NCBI GenBank assembly: GCA_038851075.1
Contig: JAWCLG010000002.1
Location: 38,818-102,817 of the forward strand
Source: Candidatus Hadarchaeales archaeon
GTDB lineage: Archaea; Hadarchaeota; Hadarchaeia; Hadarchaeales; Hadarchaeaceae
Length of the DNA: 64,000 bases
Direction of reading: 5' to 3'
Shown piece by piece: positions 46,336-56,413 of this stretch. The notes beneath the pieces are model-generated. The model had not been told where the DNA came from and did no database searches. It saw only the letters and a list, made by a program, of their open reading frames with translations. A program made the translations under genes and the position numbers. How positions within the stretch are numbered: position 1 is the stretch's first letter; every line of letters starts with the position of its first letter.

Positions 46336-49300
46336 GCGGAGGTAACATGTTGGAGTACTTTAGGTCTATGAACGAGCAGATAGACGGCATATATGAAATT
46401 GCCATAAAGGCGAGAGCTAAGGGGATAGATCCAGAACTTGAACCAGAAATACCGCGCGCCGGGGATCTCGCCTCTAGAGTTGAGCAACTTGTTGGTCCCA
46501 AAGGAGTTGCCGAGGTTATTCGAGACATGGAGAAGATCATGGGCAGAGAAGAGATGGCGCTGAAGATTGCGGAAATGATAATAGACGGCAGATTTGGAAG
46601 GTTAGATGAGGAAAAGGCGGCAGAGCAGGCGTTGAGGACGGTACTCGCGATTCTTACAGAGGGCGTGGTTATAGCCCCTCTTGAGGGCATAACTGGAGTT
46701 AGGATAAGAAAGAACTATGACAACACCAGATATCTCTCAATCTCTTTTGCAAGCCCAATTAGAGCGGCCGGAGGCACAGCCGCTGCGCTTTCCGTGCTGG
46801 CCGGAGATTTTGTCAGAAGGAAGCTGTTTCTGAGCCACTACAAACCAACCGTGGAAGAGGTGGAGAGGTTCGTTGAGGAGGTTGAGATATACGGCTTAGT
46901 GGCCCATGAGCAGTACAAGCCTCACGCTGACCACATACGTCTTGCAATACAGAACATCCCGGTTGAGATCACAGGGGAACCAACCGAGAGAGATGTCACG
47001 GTAACTGCGTTCAGGAACATCGAGCGCATCGGGCATAATATGGTAAGGGGAGGTGCGGTACTTGCACTGACCGAGGGAGTTCTCCAGAAGGCTTCAAAGA
47101 TAATGAAGTATGTGGAGAAACTTGGCATAGATGGATGGGCATGGCTTTCGAACGTTGTTCCTAAGACCACACCTGAGGAATCTGAAACTATTTTCCCGAA
47201 GGGAGATAGATATCTGGGAGAGGTAATAGCGGGAAGACCCATACTATCCCATCCAGGAACCGAGGGGCAGATGGGTAGAAGGGGAGGTTTTAGGCTCAGG
47301 TACGGACATTCGAGAAATACGGGAATCGCGGCGATCGGCATTCATCCTGCCACAATGATAATTTGCGATGACTTCATCGCGGTTGGTACGCAGTTGAAGG
47401 TCGAGCGTCCCGGAAAGGGCGGGGCCGTGACCCCAGTGGATTCCATAGAGGGACCGGTGGTAAAGCTTAAAGACGGCTCGGTTTTGCAGGTTTATTCAGA
47501 AGAGGAAGCGCTAAAAGTAAGGGATAGTGTTGCGGAAATACTCTGCCTAGGAGATATTCTTGTTGGATACGGGGAGTTCTTGGAGAACAATCATCCGTTG
47601 ATGCCGGCAGGTTATTGTGAGGAATGGTGGAGTCAGGAGGTTAAAAAGGCGCTATCGGGGAAGGAGAGAAGGGACCTAGAAAAATATATTGAAAAACCGT
47701 ATCCGAGACCTAGCTCTGATCTTGCCGTCAGAATTTCGGAAGAACTTGGAGTACCGCTTCACCCGGCTTACACTTATCCATACCACGACTTGGAGATAGA
47801 GGATCTCGTGAGTCTGGCAAGGTGGTTGGTCAAGGGGAGGCCGGAGTTTGACGGAGGGGTGCTGAGAAAACTGAGAATTCAGATCGAGGAGGTTCCTAAA
47901 CGAATTCTGGAAGAGCTATGCGTTCCCCACGGTGTTGATGGGAAAGATGTGGTTATTGAAGAGCATGCATATGCCCTGTGCAGGTCTCTCGGGTTGGTCT
48001 TCGGTGACTCACTTGTCATTGAGAGATTTGAGGGGGTCATGCGGTCCAGTTCAACCAAGGACATAATGGAGATAGTACAGGAACTCGCAGGTTTTCCGAT
48101 CAGAAAGAAGGCCCCGACAAGAATAGGTGCAAGGATGGGCAGACCGGAGAAGGCCAAGGAGAGGGAGATGAGCCCACCAGTCCATGCTCTTTTTCCAGTA
48201 GGTTTTAAGGGGGGATCCACCCGCAGCATAGCGAGAGCAGCGGAGTCTGATGACCTAGAGGTGGAGCTTGCGAACATGGTTTGCCCGAGCTGTGGCTGGA
48301 GCGGTTTTACGAGAAAATGTCAGAAGTGCGGTTCTAAGGCTGAGCCTGTAAGAGTATGCCAGAAATGCATGGCCCCTGTTGATGAAGATCGATGCCCAAT
48401 CTGCAACTCACGCGCGGAGTTCTTCATTAAAAGAAGAATTAAACTAAAAGCAATGCTTGAGTCAGCGCTGAAGAGACTTGATGAATATCCGGAGCTCGTT
48501 AAAGGAGTGCAGGGCATGACAAGCGACTGGAAAATTCCGGAGCCGCTTGAAAAGGGAATCCTGCGGGCAAAACACGGAGTTCAGGTATTCAAGGATGGAA
48601 CAGTTAGATTTGACGAGACAAATGTTCCGCTCACCCATTTCAAGCCAAAGGAGATTGGCGTCTCGGTGGAAAAGCTAAGAGATCTTGGATACACAGTCGA
48701 CTTTAACGGAAATCCGCTTGAGGCGGAAGATCAGGTGGTTGAGCTTAAGGTTCAGGATATTGTTATCTCGAGGGCATGTGCAGAATATCTGTTCAAAGCA
48801 TCTAGGTTCATTGACGAGCTTCTGGAAAAGGTATATGGTCTTGCCCCTTATTACAATGCTAAAAGACCGGAGGACCTTTTGGGGCACATAGTCCTCGGTC
48901 TGGCTCCCCACACATCGGTTGGAATAGCGGGGCGCATCATAGGTTTCGTCGATGCCAGCGTTGGATATGCGCATCCATTTTTCCACGCTGCGAAAAGGAG
49001 GGACGCGGACGGTGATGAAGATTGTGTAATGTTGCTTCTCGATGCTTTATTGAACTTTAGCAGACGCTTTCTGCCTTCAAAACGCGGTGGTCTAATGGAC
49101 GCGCCGCTTATCCTCAGCACTCGGATAAATCCGGCAGAAATAGATAAGCAGGCTCATAACATGGACATAATGAATTTTTACCCGCTTGAGTTCTATGAGG
49201 CAACTTTGCGCTATGCGAGACCTCAGGAGGTTTTTGCTCAGATGAAAACAGCAGGTAAAAAAATAGGTACAGAGGATGAGTACACCGGATTTGGCTACAC

Positions 49301-49757
49301 CCATGAGACTAACGATATTTCGGCAGGTCCGAAGTCAACTAGGTACATAAAGTTGACGACTATGGAGGAAAAGATTTCTGCCCAGCTGAGCCTGGCAAGG
49401 AAAATAAGGGCTGTTGATGAGAGAGATGTCGCAGAGCGGCTTATAAAGCACCACTTCATCCCAGACCTCAAAGGAAATTTGAGGACGTTTGCGACTCAAA
49501 AGTTCAGGTGTACATCATGCAATAATAGCCATCGCAGGATACCGCTCTCAGGAAAATGCACGAGGTGCGGAGGAAAACTCGTTCTTACTGTAACGAGAGG
49601 TGGGGTTGAAAAATACCTGCGTGTTGCCATGGACGTTGCCGATGACTACCATGTGAGTGAATACACAAAACAGAGGCTGAAGATGACAAAAAAGGACATA
49701 GAGTCGATGTTCGAAAGTGATGCCTCCAGACAGCTGAGTCTGGCAGATTTCCTGTAA
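46332..49757 (+). CDS. polD2: DNA polymerase II (PolD) large catalytic subunit DP2
   Basis: 1141 aa. Zinc fingers CPSCGW...CQKCGS...CQKC...CPICN. Conserved DP2 blocks. No intein. Confidence 0.95.
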   Translation: MSGGNMLEYFRSMNEQIDGIYEIAIKARAKGIDPELEPEIPRAGDLASRVEQLVGPKGVAEVIRDMEKIMGREEMALKIAEMIIDGRFGRLDEEKAAEQALRTVLAILTEGVVIAPLEGITGVRIRKNYDNTRYLSISFASPIRAAGGTAAALSVLAGDFVRRKLFLSHYKPTVEEVERFVEEVEIYGLVAHEQYKPHADHIRLAIQNIPVEITGEPTERDVTVTAFRNIERIGHNMVRGGAVLALTEGVLQKASKIMKYVEKLGIDGWAWLSNVVPKTTPEESETIFPKGDRYLGEVIAGRPILSHPGTEGQMGRRGGFRLRYGHSRNTGIAAIGIHPATMIICDDFIAVGTQLKVERPGKGGAVTPVDSIEGPVVKLKDGSVLQVYSEEEALKVRDSVAEILCLGDILVGYGEFLENNHPLMPAGYCEEWWSQEVKKALSGKERRDLEKYIEKPYPRPSSDLAVRISEELGVPLHPAYTYPYHDLEIEDLVSLARWLVKGRPEFDGGVLRKLRIQIEEVPKRILEELCVPHGVDGKDVVIEEHAYALCRSLGLVFGDSLVIERFEGVMRSSSTKDIMEIVQELAGFPIRKKAPTRIGARMGRPEKAKEREMSPPVHALFPVGFKGGSTRSIARAAESDDLEVELANMVCPSCGWSGFTRKCQKCGSKAEPVRVCQKCMAPVDEDRCPICNSRAEFFIKRRIKLKAMLESALKRLDEYPELVKGVQGMTSDWKIPEPLEKGILRAKHGVQVFKDGTVRFDETNVPLTHFKPKEIGVSVEKLRDLGYTVDFNGNPLEAEDQVVELKVQDIVISRACAEYLFKASRFIDELLEKVYGLAPYYNAKRPEDLLGHIVLGLAPHTSVGIAGRIIGFVDASVGYAHPFFHAAKRRDADGDEDCVMLLLDALLNFSRRFLPSKRGGLMDAPLILSTRINPAEIDKQAHNMDIMNFYPLEFYEATLRYARPQEVFAQMKTAGKKIGTEDEYTGFGYTHETNDISAGPKSTRYIKLTTMEEKISAQLSLARKIRAVDERDVAERLIKHHFIPDLKGNLRTFATQKFRCTSCNNSHRRIPLSGKCTRCGGKLVLTVTRGGVEKYLRVAMDVADDYHVSEYTKQRLKMTKKDIESMFESDASRQLSLADFL

Positions 49758-49758
49758 T

Positions 49759-49766
49759 TTATTATC
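49759..49766 (+). promoter_or_regulatory. TATA box for tRNA-Ser
   Basis: TTTATTAT lies about 25-32 bp upstream of the tRNA 5' end. Confidence 0.4.
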
Positions 49767-49790
49767 CATGGGAATAAGTTTTATTGGGTG

Positions 49791-49879
49791 CCGGGGTAGC
49801 GAAGCCAGGTAACGCGCCAGACTCGAGATCTGGTTCTCCTCTCGGAGAGCGGGGGTTCAAATCCCCTCCCCGGCGCCAT
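49791..49879 (+). tRNA. tRNA-Ser (anticodon CGA) with long variable arm and encoded CCA
   Basis: Acceptor GCCGGGG/CCCCGGC, anticodon stem CCAGA/TCTGG around loop CUCGAGA, variable arm TTCTCCTCTCGGAGAGC, T-arm GGGGGTTCAAATCCCCT. Confidence 0.8.
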
Positions 49880-49890
49880 AATTTTCCGGA

Positions 49891-50493
49891 TTAAAGCTTC
49901 TTTTCAAAAACTTCTCCGTTCGGCTCCTTTTCAGAAAATATCTGGGCGGTGAACCTGCTTATCTTTATTCCCTTTTCGAACCAAGCATCGGGGGGCAGGC
50001 CGGCTTTCATGCAGGCCTGTGAGAGAAATTCTTCCGCATCCCATCCAAGCTCAACTGCAACCTGCGGCAGGAGCAAACCAGCGTAAGCCCCCAGCTCAAC
50101 GATGAGACCATCCCTTCCTATCACAATGGACTTTGGGTATTCGGATGGGTGTTTCACTTTTATGGGGGACGGATCGGTCAGAACGCTGACCTCGATTTCT
50201 ATTTCATCTATCTCATCCTTGGTTACTGGAGGAAACCTCGGATCTCTTGTCGCCGAGCTTATCGCTGCATCAATGATGGCCTCTATGAGAGGCAGGTGCG
50301 GGATGGGATATCCTATACAGCCCCTTAGTTCACCTCCACTTGTGAGGGTAACAAACACTCCTCTGCGCTCCTTCAGTTTGCCAGAAACTTTCGGCGGGCG
50401 CGTTACGGTTCCTCTTTCCAAATACGTTTTTATGGCATTTCTAGCGACTTTTACAAGAGTGGTGCCCTCCTCAAGGGTCAGCAAAGGCATCAC
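49891..50493 (-). CDS. AMMECR1-domain protein
   Basis: LRGCIGYP motif. 200 aa. Confidence 0.85.
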   Translation of the reverse strand: MMPLLTLEEGTTLVKVARNAIKTYLERGTVTRPPKVSGKLKERRGVFVTLTSGGELRGCIGYPIPHLPLIEAIIDAAISSATRDPRFPPVTKDEIDEIEIEVSVLTDPSPIKVKHPSEYPKSIVIGRDGLIVELGAYAGLLLPQVAVELGWDAEEFLSQACMKAGLPPDAWFEKGIKISRFTAQIFSEKEPNGEVFEKKL

Positions 50494-50981
50494 TTCATTA
50501 TCTGATTATATCTCTGCACGGTTTTAAGCATGCTTTTCCAGTGTTTTCCTTTCCAGTATACTTTTCCGCAGGATGAACATTTCCAAAATTCTTCCATGTC
50601 GAGTACCTTTTTGGGCACTAGTCCTTTGACCGAACTTGAATCAGCTCTGTCCAGCGCACCGTTACACATGGGACATCTCGATTTTTCAGGGTCTATTTTT
50701 AACCTCTGTTTGGTTTTTCTGCAGAGTTCAACCATCTGAGACACGACATCTCCGGAACCTATCAGCGTACTTTTCGCTCCTGACCTCATAGCATTCCTGT
50801 GCAGCTTTATGTCGGACGTAAGTAGCCTCCTGTTTTGGAGCAGTGCGATATCGATGAGGGACGGGTCCTGTTTTTCAGGCGGTATTCCGAGGTCACCAAC
50901 GTATACAACATCGTATCCAGCGAGCCTCAGCCATCTTGTGAGCTTTCCGAGCATGGCGTCGGAGACAAATTTTTCCATCAA
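50490..50981 (-). CDS. Mut7-C (DUF82) PIN-like RNase-domain protein with a C-terminal Zn ribbon
   Basis: FVSDAMLGKLTRWLRLAGYD. C-terminal CPMCNG...CSSCGK. Confidence 0.7.
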   Translation of the reverse strand: MMEKFVSDAMLGKLTRWLRLAGYDVVYVGDLGIPPEKQDPSLIDIALLQNRRLLTSDIKLHRNAMRSGAKSTLIGSGDVVSQMVELCRKTKQRLKIDPEKSRCPMCNGALDRADSSSVKGLVPKKVLDMEEFWKCSSCGKVYWKGKHWKSMLKTVQRYNQIMK

Positions 50982-51059
50982 ATCTGATTTGTTTTATTGG
51001 GAAAAATGCATTTGGAAAATGTTTTTTCAGAGAAGATACAGAATTAAACCGGTGAGTGG

Positions 51060-51422
51060 TTGAGACAAAGGCTTCAGGTCAAATGTCCTCTATGCGGCAA
51101 GACCTTTGATCTAGAGGTAGACGTTACGACGTATCTAACAGCCGAGCCCGCAATAACACAGCCAAAGAGCCGCGCGGCCTTTATTCTCAGGGGACATGAG
51201 GCAAAGGTCGACTTCGTGCTCAGAGCCATGAGGGCGCTTGCCAGCAAGGACCCAAGCGGAATGGTTGAGGTTGATGAGATAGTGGAAATTGCTGAGAAGG
51301 TTGGACTCAACCGCGAAGAGGTAAATGAGGTTATCTCAGCAGAGAAGGAAGCTGGTAGAATGTATGAGCCAAGGCCTGGGTTAGTGGCGTTTACAGCACC
51401 GCTTGAGCGCGCCAAGGATTAA
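51060..51422 (+). CDS. Hypothetical Zn-ribbon / winged-helix-like small protein
   Basis: CPLCGKTF at the N-terminus. 120 aa. The overlapping antisense ORF was rejected. Confidence 0.45.
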   Translation: MRQRLQVKCPLCGKTFDLEVDVTTYLTAEPAITQPKSRAAFILRGHEAKVDFVLRAMRALASKDPSGMVEVDEIVEIAEKVGLNREEVNEVISAEKEAGRMYEPRPGLVAFTAPLERAKD

Positions 51423-51628
51423 TCCTCTACAACAATTTCCTCGTTCAGTTTGTTAACAAGTTCACTTATCTCTCGCTCTTCCATTTTCCTCGTTTTTTTG
51501 CTCCCCTTCCTCTCTTTCTCGCGTCGCCTGAAACGGCGCAAGGGAACACCAATAGTATATTTATCTTGCCGGAAAAAAGCTCTTTTTCTTCTTATAAATT
51601 ACCGGTGCGGAAGGATATGTGGGGAGAT

Positions 51629-52816
51629 ATGCCTAAAAAATACGATATAGTTGTGGCTGGCGGTGGACCATCTGGACTTTCGGCGGCCATAAAGGCTGCT
51701 TCAATGGGTTGCAACGTTCTTGTTCTCGAAATGCAGTCCCAGATAGGTGGGCTGGGGCAGCCTGCATGGGTTGATGATAGGATTGGCAGTACAGTTCCAA
51801 GTTCGGTTCTCGCGAGCGTGAGAAAGGTCGGCTTCAGAACTCCAAGCGTCAGTCTCGATGTTCGCGGAAATTTTGGTGTCGTGCTGGACAGAAGAGATTT
51901 TGACAGGGGACTGGCTATTAAGGCGGCTGATGCCGGCGTGGAAATATGGCTCAGCGCTCCAGTTAGAGATTTTGTAATGGAAGGTGGCAGGGTCGCGGGA
52001 GTTAAAATAGGGGTTGGAGGGTGGTCAGAAGAGGTACGTGCCGATGTTGTAATAGATGCCACTGGAGCGAGAGGAGAATGGTCCGGTCTTTTTTTGAAAA
52101 AAATCTCGGGAAAGGAGTGGGCCAGAGAGGAGCTGGCTTTCAGCAGCGAATATCTGCTGGCAAATTTTGAACAGAAAAAGGTGAGCCTGCTTTTCAACTC
52201 TTATTTGACTCCTAGCGGCCATGCATGGGTTTACCCCTGCGGGTCCGGGGTGTCTTCTGCGGGTGTTCAGGGAATCAGAATCAACCCGGAACTTGCTCTG
52301 GACGAGCTGATAGGGAGAAACGCGATTGATGGCATAAAAAAATCTGTGACGGTGGCCTCTTTCAGATCGCAGTGCCCCATTGTAGGTCCATTGGATTCCG
52401 CCTGCAGTGACGGCGTCGTGGCTGTCGGTTCAGCCGCAGGTCATGTTTATCAGTTTTCCATGAGGGGCCTGCGTCACGCGATAGGAGCGGGAGAAATTGC
52501 GGGCGAGGTTGCCGCGGAGTCAATAAATTCTGGAGATTTTTCAAAAGATAGGCTCTCCGAGTTTGATACTTTGCTTAAGGACAGGTTTTCCCATGATTTC
52601 TTCCTGGGAAGCGTTTTGAGGGAGGCATTGGGGTCTTTTTCAGATAGGAAGATGAGTTTAATCCTCTCTGAGGTCGAGGGAGATAGAAGGCTGGGTCGTG
52701 CCGTTGTGGATCTATTCCTGTGCAGAAACCTGAAAAAATCTGTTGAGATCATAATGGAAAATAAAGCCCTTTCAGAGATTTTTGGTAGAAGATTACTGGA
52801 GGGGCAGCACAGTTGA
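51629..52816 (+). CDS. Geranylgeranyl reductase family flavoprotein (isoprenoid saturation)
   Basis: YDIVVAGGGPSGLSAA FAD fold. About 395 aa from the MPKKYD start. A TTATAAAT element lies about 30 bp upstream. Confidence 0.85.
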   Translation: MPKKYDIVVAGGGPSGLSAAIKAASMGCNVLVLEMQSQIGGLGQPAWVDDRIGSTVPSSVLASVRKVGFRTPSVSLDVRGNFGVVLDRRDFDRGLAIKAADAGVEIWLSAPVRDFVMEGGRVAGVKIGVGGWSEEVRADVVIDATGARGEWSGLFLKKISGKEWAREELAFSSEYLLANFEQKKVSLLFNSYLTPSGHAWVYPCGSGVSSAGVQGIRINPELALDELIGRNAIDGIKKSVTVASFRSQCPIVGPLDSACSDGVVAVGSAAGHVYQFSMRGLRHAIGAGEIAGEVAAESINSGDFSKDRLSEFDTLLKDRFSHDFFLGSVLREALGSFSDRKMSLILSEVEGDRRLGRAVVDLFLCRNLKKSVEIIMENKALSEIFGRRLLEGQHS

Positions 52817-52834
52817 GCGGAGCGTGGTTTTTGA

Positions 52835-53710
52835 ATGAGGTGCCCCACATGCGGGAGCGGTTCAGTGCTGCACGATCGAACACGGGGAGAGATAATATGC
52901 ACGAGATGTGGTCTCGTCATTTTGGAGCGCCTGCTGGATCCTGGTCCTGAGTGGAGAGTAAAGGAACATGAAGAGAGGGGTCGAGCCGAGCTTTCAGGTT
53001 CGGATCTAACTCAGCATGATTTGGGCCTTGGAACGACGTTCAGCGTTTCAATTGATGCACCCCCAAGCGTCCGCGCTTCCCTGCGGAGGATGGAAAAACT
53101 GCAGAGCAGATCACGGGTATCAGGTTGGAAGGACAGGAATCTCAGGGATGTGCTTGTTGATCTTGAGAAGCTCTGCGGGATACTCGGCCTTCCTAAGGGC
53201 ATAAGGGCCGAAATAAGCTTGGCCTACAGGAAGATCAATAAAAAAGGAATGACGGTCGGGAGGAACCACGTGGTTGTGCTCGCGGCCTTGGCTTTCTTGA
53301 TCTGCAGGTCACGCGGACTGCCACGGACTTTTGAGGAGATAATTGAGGCATTGAATGAGAAGTTTGGCCTATCGCCCGCGGTCAAGCCCAGAACCGTGAG
53401 AAAGCTCGCCTCAACCATTTCAAGAGAACTTGGGCTGAAGCCTAGACCAATTTCTCCGGAAGATTATCTGGAAAGATTTGCATCTCAGCTTAACATGGAG
53501 CCAGGGTCCATATCGGCAGCGAGGGATTTCATGTCAAAAATTCCCGAGAAGTTCAAAAAAACTAGGTCGCCCGTTCTGCTCGCTGCAATTTCTATTTATA
53601 TGGCATCCTCTTCGGCCGGCCTCGGCCTTACTCTCAGCAGAATCTCAAATGTCACCGGTGCAGGCGTTTCGACGATCTCGAAGAACCTATCTCTCCTGAA
53701 GGGGCGCTGA
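52835..53710 (+). CDS. tfb: Transcription initiation factor IIB (TFB)
   Basis: Zn ribbon CPTCGS...CTRCG followed by two cyclin-like repeats. Confidence 0.9.
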   Translation: MRCPTCGSGSVLHDRTRGEIICTRCGLVILERLLDPGPEWRVKEHEERGRAELSGSDLTQHDLGLGTTFSVSIDAPPSVRASLRRMEKLQSRSRVSGWKDRNLRDVLVDLEKLCGILGLPKGIRAEISLAYRKINKKGMTVGRNHVVVLAALAFLICRSRGLPRTFEEIIEALNEKFGLSPAVKPRTVRKLASTISRELGLKPRPISPEDYLERFASQLNMEPGSISAARDFMSKIPEKFKKTRSPVLLAAISIYMASSSAGLGLTLSRISNVTGAGVSTISKNLSLLKGR

Positions 53711-54244
53711 TGGTATAACCATCTCTCCTTCCTCGTGGCATCCGACAGTTTTAGTCCTTCCGCGGAGATGAAGATATCCAGTAATCGCGGCCAAACAGGC
53801 GTCAATCTCATGCTCTGTTTTGGCTGGTTTCGGATAGAAACCCATTTTTCTCATCCCTCTGATCCAGTCCTCACGTTTACAGCTTCTGAATAGCAGTATG
53901 CCGGAGCTTCTTGGATGAACTTCAATAACTTTGATCCCTGCTGAGCCAAGTGAGGATGATATGCTGATTCCTCTCCGGGTTAGTGAAATCATGCCCGAAA
54001 AAGTTGGAGGAAAGACTCGCAGCCCTCTTCTGATCATCTCTCTATCTGAGCTTCTGAGGCATCCCGACTTTGGCATGCTGAGCGGTGCATCGATTGCCAC
54101 AATCTCCGGATTTCTTTTGAGGCACAGCCCGATTATTTCATCATCCGTTTTAAGAGTCCCTAATTCAATATTTCTGCCGCTTATGATTGCAAATCCAGTT
54201 TTTCGTATCGGAGACCCGGAGAGATCCAGCCCGATTACTGTCAT
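53687..54244 (-). CDS. DUF429-like RNase H-fold protein (predicted nuclease)
   Basis: The N-terminal VIGLDLSGSPIRKTGFAI signature resembles the DUF429/RuvC-like fold. Confidence 0.55.
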   Translation of the reverse strand: MTVIGLDLSGSPIRKTGFAIISGRNIELGTLKTDDEIIGLCLKRNPEIVAIDAPLSMPKSGCLRSSDREMIRRGLRVFPPTFSGMISLTRRGISISSSLGSAGIKVIEVHPRSSGILLFRSCKREDWIRGMRKMGFYPKPAKTEHEIDACLAAITGYLHLRGRTKTVGCHEEGEMVIPSAPLQER

Positions 54245-54268
54245 GGAATATCAAATACATCTTTGAAC

Positions 54269-54276
54269 TTATAAAT
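54269..54276 (+). promoter_or_regulatory. TATA box for tRNA-Trp
   Basis: TTATAAAT lies about 27-34 bp upstream of tRNA position 1. Confidence 0.45.
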
Positions 54277-54302
54277 CCGTAAAGCTGTATCTAATCATCG
54301 GT

Positions 54303-54431
54303 GGGGCTGTGGTGTAGCTTGGTATCACGGCAGGCTCCAGTGGATGATGTGGGTCTTCTGACTGATGGATGATGACCCACTGGAGCCGAAGAGACCTGCA
54401 AACCCGGGTTCAAATCCTGGCAGCCCCACCA
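54303..54431 (+). tRNA. tRNA-Trp (anticodon CCA) with a 53-nt intron and encoded CCA
   Basis: Acceptor GGGGCTG/CAGCCCC. The anticodon stem GCAGG...CCTGC is interrupted after position 37. The T-arm is GGGTTCAAATCC. The intron spans about 54341-54393. Confidence 0.8.
54341..54393 (+). ncRNA. Box C/D sRNA-like element inside the tRNA-Trp intron
   Basis: Box C AUGAUGU (54344-54350), D' CUGA (54358-54365), box C' AUGAUGA (54369-54375). The guide CCCACUGGAGCC is complementary to the tRNA-Trp anticodon region. Confidence 0.6.
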
Positions 54432-54432
54432 C

Positions 54433-54437
54433 TTTTT
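54433..54437 (+). terminator. Oligo-T terminator after tRNA-Trp
   Basis: CTTTTTATC immediately follows the CCA. Confidence 0.35.
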
Positions 54438-54557
54438 ATCAGAGAATAAGACAGCCGACTAAATTCGGTGTTAATGAATTTGCATGATTTCTAGCAAAAA
54501 GTTTATTATGAATGGCTCTCAAGAGAATCTGTTGCTGAAAGTTTAGGAGGAGATAAG

Positions 54558-55223
54558 ATGGAAGTTAGCGAGTACGAGCCGATTTTGAGGGTGGACTGGG
54601 ATATCCCTAGAAAACAGTATCCTCCGAAGGTTGTGACATTGCCAACGGGAGAAAAGATGGTCATAAGGGAGATAGAGAGAGAGGAGGCCCCGATTCTTTT
54701 GGATGCTCTTAGACCCCTGATAACGGTGCCGCGGGATTACTACGATATAGTCGCGGCGAGGATTTACGCTGAGGTGCTCGGCTGGTGTAGGTATAGAGTT
54801 AGAAATGAATACGTTCTGATTGGTGTTGTCAATGGAGATCTCGCCGGAGTTGCAAACAACCGTCTGGTCAACAGCAAAACCTGCATGAGCTTACACACAA
54901 TGGCTTTCAAAAGAGGGGGCAGAGTGGGAGCGCACATGTTTGCGGCGAAACATGAACACGCGATTGAAAATTATGGTGTGGAGGAAATACTCGTAACGGC
55001 GGAAAGCCCCATAGGTTTTCAGAGGTGGATGGTAGAATGGAGCTTAGAGCCGCGTCCAGGAGTTCAGCACGAGCTTGGAGGTGCGAATACATGGGCGTTG
55101 ACAAAGGAAAATTATTACAAGATAAAGTCCAAGATGGTGTTTGGTCAGAGACCGGTTCCAGATGAGCTCTACAGACAGTCTCTCAATCCTAGATTGATTG
55201 TGCCCGATGTTGTGAAAGGATGA
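54558..55223 (+). CDS. Hypothetical protein upstream of the thiolase/DUF35 pair
   Basis: 221 aa with protein-like composition. An AGGAGG motif precedes the ATG. No family recognised. Confidence 0.55.
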   Translation: MEVSEYEPILRVDWDIPRKQYPPKVVTLPTGEKMVIREIEREEAPILLDALRPLITVPRDYYDIVAARIYAEVLGWCRYRVRNEYVLIGVVNGDLAGVANNRLVNSKTCMSLHTMAFKRGGRVGAHMFAAKHEHAIENYGVEEILVTAESPIGFQRWMVEWSLEPRPGVQHELGGANTWALTKENYYKIKSKMVFGQRPVPDELYRQSLNPRLIVPDVVKG

Positions 55224-56413
55224 ACATGTTTCGGAAAGCGTCGGTTGTCGGCTGTGGCATGACAAAATTCGGCCGCCACGACGATAAGACCCTGCTGGAG
55301 ATGTTGACTGAAGCTTCGCTCAAAGCGCTTGATGATGCAGGACTCGGGGAGAAGGATGTCGATGCGATATATGTTTCAAACATGCTCGGCGGTGAGCTTA
55401 CACGGCAGACGGCTCTGGCCACAGCCCTCTCAGACCAGCTTGGGATGTTTCCGGTAGCGGCTGACAGGGTTGAGAACGGTCCAGCTTCTGGCGGATCGGC
55501 TGTAAAAAACGCATCTTTGGCCATCGCTTCAGGGGTCTTTGATAGGGTGCTTGTCGTTGGCGGAGAGAAGATGAGGCATGTTTCAGGTGAGACAATAACA
55601 GATTACATCGCCACAATGACACATCCTCTTGCAGAATATCCGCAGGGTGCAACCCTTCCATCTCTGGCAGGAATGCTGGCCAGGCTTTACATGCACCGTT
55701 ACGGTGTTAAGCGCGACCATCTTGCCATGATAGCCGTGAAAAATCACGAGAATGCGCTGAAAAATCCATATGCCCACATACGGACAAAAATAACGATGGA
55801 AGGCATTCTCTACTCTCCCGAGGCAGAACAGAACAATCCGCTTGTTGCAGATCCGCTCAGGCTCTATGACTGTTGTCCGATAACAGACGGAGCGGCAGCG
55901 CTTGTTTTATCATCGAGCGAACGGGCAAGAGAGTTTACGGATTCTCCGGTTGTTGTTGAGGGCATCGGACAGGCAAACGATACTCTCGCCCTACATGAGA
56001 GAAAGGACCCCACAGTCCTCTATTCTGTGAGGAGCTCGGCAAAGAGAGCTTTTGATATGGCCAAGATAGGTCCTGAGGATGTAGACGTGGCCGAACTTCA
56101 TGACGCGTTTACAATACTGGAGCTTGCCGAGAGTGAGGATGCGGGATTTTTTGAAAAGGGAACCGGGCACAAAGCTGTTGAGGAGGGCGCAACGCAAATC
56201 GGAGGAAAGCTTCCAATAAACCCATCAGGCGGTCTCAAAGCTAGAGGGCATCCCGTTGGTGCCACCGGTGTTGCCCAGGTGGTCGAGATAACTTGGCAGC
56301 TCAGAGGTGAAGCTGACGAAAGACAGGTTAAAGGGGCGGAAATAGGATTCACATGTAACTTCGGAGGATTTGGGAATAATGTTGTCTCTTTTGTCTTCAG
56401 GAGGGGCGACTGA
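55220..56413 (+). CDS. Acetyl-CoA C-acetyltransferase (archaeal SCP-x-type thiolase)
   Basis: Thiolase fold. The active-site Cys is in the N-terminal ASVVGCGMTKFG block. Stop/start coupled to the DUF35 gene. Confidence 0.9.
   Translation: MNMFRKASVVGCGMTKFGRHDDKTLLEMLTEASLKALDDAGLGEKDVDAIYVSNMLGGELTRQTALATALSDQLGMFPVAADRVENGPASGGSAVKNASLAIASGVFDRVLVVGGEKMRHVSGETITDYIATMTHPLAEYPQGATLPSLAGMLARLYMHRYGVKRDHLAMIAVKNHENALKNPYAHIRTKITMEGILYSPEAEQNNPLVADPLRLYDCCPITDGAAALVLSSSERAREFTDSPVVVEGIGQANDTLALHERKDPTVLYSVRSSAKRAFDMAKIGPEDVDVAELHDAFTILELAESEDAGFFEKGTGHKAVEEGATQIGGKLPINPSGGLKARGHPVGATGVAQVVEITWQLRGEADERQVKGAEIGFTCNFGGFGNNVVSFVFRRGD

Noticed and set aside
51074-51415. Minus-strand 113-aa ORF
   Set aside because: It fully overlaps the plus-strand Zn-ribbon ORF. 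The plus ORF has the CPLCGK motif and better composition. Neither is strongly supported.
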